Shown piece by piece: positions 55,780-64,000 of a DNA stretch of 64,000 nt. Source of the stretch: Balanoglossus misakiensis (taxonomy: Eukaryota > Animalia > Hemichordata); contig CM082582.2 in NCBI GenBank assembly GCA_040954595.2, forward strand, positions 10,035,483 through 10,099,482, in the 5' to 3' direction. A program made the translations under genes and the position numbers. The notes under the pieces were generated by a model that had not been told where the DNA came from, did no database searches, and worked only from the letters and a program-made list of their open reading frames with translations. Numbering within the stretch: position 1 is the first letter of the stretch; every line of letters begins with the position of its first letter.

Positions 55780-58700
55780 TCAACCGCAAGCTTCGAGGAC
55801 ATCGCTGACAAAGTCACTCTCGCCCGTTGACGGCGCCGACAACGTTTGCTGGTTCCGTTTGTCCTCTGGCAAACGCACATGCGCACGCCGGGTACGACTG
55901 GGCTCGCCGCGGTTCAAGGCGTCGTTTCCCAGCAACCCGCCCCGTTCCAGCGTGGTCGTGGGCACGGTTAGCGATTGCCTGGGTTGCCTGTATCTGTCTC
56001 TGCCGAGGTGACTGACCAGCAGACAAGAACAGGAGCATTCCGTTGCATCGTGTTGCGCGGTTTCCAGCCTGTTGCTCGCCCAGCTGAAGTCAGATCTAGA
56101 TGAGGTGAAAATGAACAAAACAGAAGAAGAATAGCGAAGTTTGGCCACCACCACCATCATCACAGCAACTCCTACCATAGCAATAAGCAAAGTCAATAGA
56201 AGCGCTATGTTGAAAAAAAGAGGCGTGTTAGATAGCATTACATCGGGTGACTGCGTAGGCGCCAAATATTTTCAGGTGCATTTTTGTTGCCAGTGAATAA
56301 AATAGAACTGAAAGAACTTAACGAAATAGCAAAAAGTCTACCTTTGACAGGCTTCTTAATGTGGTAGTGCCATATGTGTGCCGTGTTTGTTTGTTTGTTT
56401 TGATTATTCATTATGCTATTTGTGAAGAAGCAGCAAAATTTAGATTTACCTTCCCTACCTTTCTGAGGCATTGCGTCGCCTGCTGTCTCGCGAGCTCTGC
56501 TCGTGAAACTGCCTCTTTCTTCGCATCGAGCGACGCCATATTATCACCATGGCAACGGTCCATGTGGACAGCGCCACGAGACCCAAACTGGAGAGTATGA
56601 GCGTATACGTGGCTGCAGATAGAGCACCTGAAACGATTAAAATTTCACGTCATGGTGGTTTTAGATTATTCTGCTTTGAATGACAGACAACATATGCGAA
56701 CAGACGCATGAGTTTTTCGCACTGCTGGACAGTGGCGTCACAGATACATATATAGAAGAGTTTTAGAACGTCACAATGTGCACTGAATTTCCAGAAATTT
56801 GCGAATTCAATACACGAGATATCTGCTTACAGCCCCGAGCATGGATTTGAAATGAGTCATACAGGCCAACTTCTTCTATTTATGGAATTTGAATGGTTTC
56901 GAATATTCAGAAATTCCAAACACTTTCCAAACCCGAAGCGATCTAAATCTACCATATTTGTTCAAGTTTCTTATCTTATAGACGAGTAAAGTCTTACTGC
57001 AGGCGATTTCATCTGTCTTATCGGGACAGTGATACGTGCCGTCGCAACGCATCCATTTATCAATGCACCAACCGTTGCGACATTGGAAATCGGTGGGATG
57101 TCTCGTACACCCTTCTTCTTCATCTAAAAAAGAAATTAAGAGGGGTGAGGACTTCGCGGACTAGAAGGACAAAAAATCACCCAAACAATATTATCGTGAA
57201 ATATAACTCCTGGAATGTGTGTTTAATGGTTTAATCTAAGCCTCACCTGCAAAATAGTATATCGTAAAAGTTGCTAGAAATCCCAGACCCTCCGACTTGT
57301 TTGTAGATTTGGAGCGATTGGTTAAAACGAGAAACAAGTTGGAAGACACGGAAGTGACGTCACCGGTTGCCTGGCCACAGAATTGACCAAGAAGATCCCC
57401 TCCTGACTTATTTTTGTCAATAACCTGTAGACAATCTAGTGTTTCGTCTGTGGAAAAAGAAAACCACCTTGAACATGGATTAACAGGGGACGTGGTTTGC
57501 ACGTAACGAAAGAAATTACGTCGAGATTACGTCTTACCTGTTTGTTGGGAAGGCACGTCGACTATTTTGACATAAATCCGATCCACCTCGTGATGTGTGA
57601 CGATGTTCAATTGACATGGAACCGAAGTATTGCTTTGTTGTGAGTAAGGCCCGGGGTAACCATCGTGCGAGGTGATGTAGCCTCCTCGGTGGTCGGTCGG
57701 TGATCGAAGTCGACTGAAGTTTGTACAGACTGGAAGAAATTGGGGAGAAAATGATGGACGACGATAATTTTGTACTTATGAAAAGATGCTGATGATGGTG
57801 ATGAAATGATGGTGGTGGTGGTGGTGGTGGTTACTTGCCTGGGAAAGGAACTGCCGGTGGCGTCTTCCATTTTTTGTATTCCGTGGAAAAGTGAAATCGG
57901 TGCGGATGAATGTCCTGCGTGGAGACTTCCATGTAGATGTACCTCCCCTTCGAGGCGAAACCGATTTTGGGAGGAGTTTGGTGCTCGTCCTTGCAGAAGA
58001 GCGCCATCAGAGGGGCGCTATCGTTCTTACCGTCGTAGATGGCGACGTGCTCTTGGTCACAACTTGAGCGGCGGTTAGCTCGAAATTCAATACGGTGCAG
58101 CTGAGAAAAAAGATGGGGGAATTAAGTCATCAGACAGATTGAGCTGGAAATGAGAAAAAAGATGCCGTGATTTACTCTTGAAAGCGTGTTCCATTCATTT
58201 TCCGCTGCGCAAGGAATGATGTTGGGAATAATGAAACACGGCGGGGTGCCGTGTACTTTGTCTGCCTCTCGCTGTTGTCTCGACGCGTGAAGTCATCTCG
58301 CACAGCGCTCTTGAAGTGGAAAAGTGTTCATCAAGTGAGCAGAGCGAGGGAAAAATAATTCGCCGGTGTTTGAGCTTGTAACTTGCAAGCAATTACAGCA
58401 GTTGTGGCGCATGCGTACCACTGGTTCTTTTTTCCATCATGGGGCGCGACCCCGCCTCCCTATCGAGTCTCTTTGGAAGAAAACCGCAGGTATATCGGTA
58501 TACCCAGCCCCAGAAAGACGCCACATTCTTTTGAGTACATACGTCTTCAATATCAAAGGATGCTGTCTTTTTGGCGGCGGGGTATTTGCTTGCATCTTTC
58601 AGTGGCGGGCGGCAGGTCTTTGAGTTGATGAAAATGTAATTTCTATATTGGTAACAAAAATAGACGATCCTTTTATGTGATTACAACACAGCGTCTGAGA

Positions 58701-61700
58701 GAGTATGTCATTTATTTACTTAAAATATCAGGTAGCTCGGTTACTTGTGCATTTGGATTCATCTATCACTTGACTTTGCACTGCAATGCAATCCTCATGG
58801 GGTCACTGTGCAAACTTTTAAAGGAGAGAGCAAAATTGTCTCAAATTTGAAATTCAAAATGGCCGCCATCTCTGTGTTAATGGAAAAAATATGGTACTGA
58901 TTTTTATGAAAACAAGACGGTGAACACCCTATTTTCTTCTTTGTTTTCAACTTCAAAAAGACTCCGCACGCACATTAATACATCAAAGAATTGAAAGGTT
59001 TACAGGAGTATTATTTTTCAGATAATCTGTCCCCTAAGTGCATATGTATACATGTACTATGGGTGGAGTTTAATACAAAAATTGCCTCGGGGGTGTATCT
59101 ATTTGCATGGTGTGAGTTGAGATGTAATGCTGCAGTGGGCGGAACAACATATATATTCTATTTCGAGAAACAAAAAATAGGGCGACTTTGTCACTTTCAG
59201 GTAGTACGCCCCCGAGCACAGATTTTCAGAAAAATAATACTCCCCCAAACCTTTCAACTCTTTGTTATATTAATGTGTGATGAGTCTTTATGAAAACAAG
59301 GAAGAAAACTGGGTGTTCACTGTCTTGTTTCCGTAAAAATCAGTACCATGATTTTTCCCATTAACACAGGCATGGCGGCCATTTTGAATTTGAGGATTAC
59401 TTCATATACGATATGAAACAATCTCTCTCAAACGAAGAACTTTCAGACATCTACAGAAAAAGACTATGTTTGATAGTTTGAAAACCTGGATATTGGAGAA
59501 GCAAGAAATGTAAACTTGATTGCCATTGTCTACATAGAGTCATATTACCGGAAATTTAACCATTTTACGAATCGATTTTTCTCACTTCGTGGAAAAAAGC
59601 TACAATCTTTTCGGCTAATGTTTGCGGCAAACACGTCTATTTACATCTTCCCGAAAGGCGTGTCTGCGATTTCTCATATCCCTTTTCCGTTTTCGAGTTT
59701 TAAACGCTTCTAAACTGACAATTGAAGATACGATGAAAATCAAACGTAGGCATGATATGATCACCAGCGTCATGGAAACACGACCTTCCAGCTTTGCTTT
59801 AAAAATAACAAAAAAACGCACCGATCTAAAAGGAACGAAAACAAAGTTCGATTTGTTTTTCCACTCAGCCGGAACGTCATAAAATGGAAATCAGTTTACT
59901 GCGTCGAAATTGATCTAGACATTGATTGAGCAAAGACGGAGCGAGCGTTACGATTAGAACATTTTTTACGACACCCACTGCCGTAACACTGGTTAATTTC
60001 TTTACGGCAACGTCGTGGCTGCCCCCTTTCCTGTCATTATGTTCTGTCGGCGGAAAATTTGCTGCAGCTCGCGAGGATGAAGGACATCAATAGAACACGT
60101 ACAATCGCAATAAGTGGCTCAGCTCCATTAGACTTTAAACGATATTGACCTGGGAAAGCAAAGCAGGAGTAAACGAGCAACGCCTACTTAGCGAGACGAG
60201 AACAATTTCTCACCGAGGAGAGAGCTCGGTATCACCCAATCGAGTCTCGTTACACGGTGCCCAGAATCACTGTTCTATTTTAAGTCTTGGCGACTCGGGG
60301 TTTGGAGTTTTCTGATTGTTTGTTTTTAAATCGAGAAGAAAACGTTTCGCTGGTTGTGTTCGACACGCAGAACAAATGTTGAAAAACCGTATCAAGGTGG
60401 CCTCGTGTTTCGATAATGACGCGATGTTGTGCTCAATCAAATCCGGAAAGGTCGCTCTTGGTAGCATGATTAGGTAGTTGGTGCCTCGGGGACAGATTTT
60501 CAGAAATATCAGATAGTTCTCCAAACCTTACAGTTCATTGATACATACAAGCCTATAGTAAAATGCGTAAGGAGTCTTTTTGAAAATAAAAACATAAGAG
60601 GTGCACTCACGAATTCAAAATAACAGAAACGATTCTGTAGTTTTCATGTTTGTCTCCTTTATCAATATTTTCCACTTTTGTGGGCAATGATACTGTCTTT
60701 CCTTTATCCATGGAATTTTACGAATAAGGTTAAGTCACTACGTTTTGTTTGCAGGATGGAACTATTAGGGCGGAACACTTAGTAAGGTTTATACGCGGAA
60801 CGAGACGAGCATCAGAAATGATTAAACTTCTCGCTGGAGACCGAACGGTATGATAGAAGTGTACACGCCACAGTTTCAATATCCAACGCTCTTATTTACT
60901 TATCCCTCGCGCTTTTTAGGAACATGATATCTTGTCTCAATACTCAGGTGTGACCTACTTCCAGCGTCACCACATTTAATAGGCACGATCATTCAGCGTG
61001 CATTTACGGGGACCGAAGTACCAGGTGATAGTTGTTTCATACCCAACCTCACGAGTGGGTTGTTAACAAAAAGGGTCACTTTCAATACTCGCCAATTAGT
61101 CTCGAACCGTTACACGCTCCTCCTAAAACAAAAACAAAATTGAAAAGACCATTGAAAGACCAGACACATGTCTCCGTGTAAACAAGGTTCGCGAAAATAT
61201 AGACGACTAATCTGCCCTATAAATGAAACGTTATGGGTTTGTAATTGATTTAGAATCCATTTGAGAAGACCCGAGACCCGTCGCTTGTGTCCTAAAGCTT
61301 GGGATTTTAGTGAGTCATTCCAGAAAATTACTCCTTGTGCGCAGAGAAATTGTAAGGAAAACTGTTGTCTCCGCATCAATTTGTTTTTCCACTGCATGCA
61401 CAGGCTAAGATTACGTGTAAAACTATAGGCGTGAACATTCTGAGCTGTCTGACGTGTCCGATCAGTTTTCAATGGTTGCTATGGATACCGATCACATGGT
61501 ATTGAACGGCAGAAACATATCAGTCTTCTGATTTACTATGAAATGTCTGAAGGCATGTCTCGGGTGTGTTGGGAATTTTTCAAACTGTTATCTTTGCACT
61601 ATGACCTCCAAAGATCCGTTCATATGACACAAATTTAATGCGCGTTTATCGTGAGCATCGCAACTTCCATGTAACAACCGGCGAAGTATCTCTCAACAAA

Positions 61701-63186
61701 TTAAAAAAACACCGAAAAAACAAACAAAAATGCGGTTATTTATTCTTAAATTTTGTTTTCGAAGTAATTTGAATAAAAATGGCTTGTCCAAAGTGTACAC
61801 TTTGATGAAAGCCACTATGATTTGGGGCGCGCGAGTGACATCCATTGACACAGGCCATCTCTGATGAAATCTCCGCCATATTGCCCGATGCAAAATGCTT
61901 TTACAATTCCATTACACCACCAGATACAGCGATTTGAGCATCACTAGAATTCTCAATTGAGCCATAACGGTGACAAAACGCCATTTATCGGTTTTTGCGT
62001 TGACGGAGAACGCACCCATTTTAAAATGTTTACTCGTTGTCAAAACCATTAAAAATAAGTTTCCTCCTCCTCCGAGAGGTGAAAAAACGCCTTTTTGCGG
62101 CGCATACGAGAAACTTAATCGCCACTGATGGAAATGAACGTTACCTCGATGTACTCCCCTCGGGGGGCTATGAGCACAAATTTGCATACTCTTCTGTGCC
62201 CCGTGCTATGAACGGTAACGGATCCCCGAGATGACGTCATCGACTGTAGTGTGCCGTTCCGACAGGAGTCTACGAAATAGAGAAGGGAAATCGGTTAACA
62301 AACGATGAAAGATGAGAATGCTGAGAGGGATAGTCTGAGTCTCGCCCCCCCCCCACCACGCGATCGCTTGTACTTGAAGTTGTCTGCGAAGATCCCCCCC
62401 CCCCCACACACACACACCCACACACACACAAATCTGATTGAACATGGCTGCAGAGTTAGGCTCCGTCTTCACTGTGTTTTGTGCTGTTCTCGTTCTGTCG
62501 TTGCAGCCCAACTAGAAAGGCGGCCAGCCACAGAACGAGAACATCACGGCTGATAAACGTAAAACACAGAGTCGCTGTGTCCCCGTTGATTTTAATCAAA
62601 CTGATATAACTCCCCGTACAGCTAAAAGCATTTATACACAGCATATCAAATCTAAGTTATGCGGATCCTGGTGGATGTAATTCTTTAAACTCAGGGATCT
62701 AAAAGACGGAGCGACAATGTTATCAAAGAGAACCGACAAGGAAAGTATTGGAGCGTGTTCAGAATTATCTCGCCTATACACGTTCTGTATTATGAAAATT
62801 CGTTGAGTACATGTAAAAGTAACGCTGACAGTCCCACTTTACAGATACATTTGATAGAAGCTATACTTTTCATCCAAATTATCAAAACATCCATCGTGTG
62901 CGTTTCCAGATAATCTTAGTGAGCGGCAACTTCCAACGCACATGCTGACGGGTCCACTGTGAAATTGCTGGCGGATCGGAGAATTGTTTGTCGGTGATCG
63001 TGGGAACTCCTTCCCCAATGTCCATCTTGCAAATCCGATAGATTATTATTACATAGTGGAAAAACATGCAAAGGGGGATATGTCGAACAAACACGCACAC
63101 ACTTGCGCATATAAAACGAGGAGAGATGGAAGACGGAAGAAGTTAGAAAGGAACACAGACACAAATACATACATACATACATACAT

Positions 63187-63217
<31 letters not shown>

Positions 63218-63352
63218 CAGTAATTGACCAAGACCTTCGTGCTCACCTGTCATGGGATCGTTTGGAGTACCTCTTTTTAACGACATTGTAAACGATGCAC
63301 ACGGAAGGCACAAACACATCAGAGCGACTCGAAGTAAATCCTCTAAATCCAT
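55780..63352 (-). CDS. Type I membrane protein, signal-CUB-CUB-LDLa-TM-cytoplasmic tail (NETO/SOL-2-like architecture), ~526 aa. Exons 63352-63247, 63025-62942, 62269-62145, 58100-57839, 57729-57538, 57447-57247, 57123-56998, 56627-56459, 56095-55780
   Basis: Signal peptide, CUB motifs (CKFVLIAPRGEYIEL, CDQEHVAIYDG, GYITSHDGYPGPY, LLGQFCG, GFLATF), LDLa FQCRNGWCIDKWMRCDGTYHCPDKTDE..C, TM followed by RRSMRRKR. All phases are consistent if one GC donor is used. Confidence 0.82.
58846..59392. repeat. Inverted pair of ~200 bp interspersed-repeat arms (foldback/MITE-like), with a third partial copy at ~60473-60590
   Basis: AAATTCAAAATGGCCGCCAT...GGTACTGATTTTTA...AAACAAGAC.GTGAACACCC (58848-58930) recurs in reverse complement at 59310-59390. 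Homology continues inward to ~59040/59205. Confidence 0.8.
63165..63218. repeat. (TACA)n(GACA)n compound microsatellite
   Basis: Directly visible. Confidence 0.95.
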
Positions 63353-64000
63353 GTCGTTCAGAGTTTCAGACTAAAATGGCCTGAGCAGCGCGGAATAACA
63401 CACTTCTTTCTTTTTCGAAGTAATCCCCTTGGCGTCCGATCCTTCCACGTGTACGGTCAAATAAATACATCCGTCGGGGAACGGGACTTCATCGAACGCG
63501 TTGGGGAGGGTATCAGTTACGACTTTTCGCAACGGAGCGGTATTATCTGCTCTTAAAAAAAACCTACCACGTTAAAAATACCACACACGACCCCGCGTAA
63601 CCTTTGCGGTGATAAATCGCGTCTACGGTGTAATCGCTCCCCGTCGCTCCGCTGTTTCTTCCTATTCGCCGATTTGCATTATTGCCGGGCTAATAGACGA
63701 CTCTCGCGGTCGGATAAATATACACCACCGCTGTTTAACAGACAGACTACACATATATTATGGCGCGGTGTGTTGACAAGCGTTTGCCTTTTGTACCGAA
63801 CCAATCAATTCACAGCCGTCGATACGGAGGAAGCAGCTGCATCCTGGCTTGATTCGGCTCCAGTCGGCCGAGGGAGAGTACGATTACGAGACGGGGGAGG
63901 GCGTACTAATCGATACAGGGGGGGGGGGGGATGGCTTGCCCTAGTTTGCTGGTAAGTTTCGGCTCCTAACTAATATCTCGGTAATTTGATATACCCAAAG

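Noticed and set aside
56096-56265. Second hydrophobic TM-like stretch in frame with the last NETO-like exon
   Set aside because: Lies in an intron. Retention hits a stop immediately, no phase-compatible acceptor was found, and T/G-rich DNA readily encodes hydrophobic runs.
62916-63352. Apparent neuropeptide precursor (signal-KR-GTPNDPMTDGHW-GR...stop) if the second exon is read through
   Set aside because: A phase-compatible donor (T|GTGCGT at 62942) joins this exon in frame to the CUB1 exon, so it is better explained as the N-terminus of the NETO-like protein.
63840-63960. Plus-strand donor CTG|GTAAGT in CpG-rich DNA, a possible first exon of a divergent gene
   Set aside because: The window ends before any supporting coding sequence.

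Overview
Gene-dense, intron-rich animal genomic DNA, about 38% GC by eye. The gene set and repeat style suggest a marine invertebrate deuterostome, possibly a hemichordate (inference). Thirteen protein-coding genes can be assembled by hand: two tandem clan-2 cytochrome P450s (CYP17A1-like), a camello/NAT8-like GNAT, inositol monophosphatase, a CAP/EGF/ShK protein, DDX27, FEN1, LRRC69, DHX38/PRP16, a RING + Pro-rich protein, a Cys-less pentameric ligand-gated ion channel, a copine and a CUB-CUB-LDLa-TM (NETO-like) protein. There are also MITE-like repeats and microsatellites. The three most notable observations are: (1) a duplicated, obligately mutually exclusive exon pair in the IMPase gene that swaps part of the active-site/dimer region; (2) a Cys-less pLGIC with no signal peptide and a long basic post-M4 tail, suggesting inverted membrane topology; (3) a P450 tandem duplication with a near-identical intron beside diverged substrate-recognition segments, and a transposon-like spacer at the junction. 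All gene models are manual reconstructions without transcript evidence. No RNA genes or CRISPR arrays were recognised.
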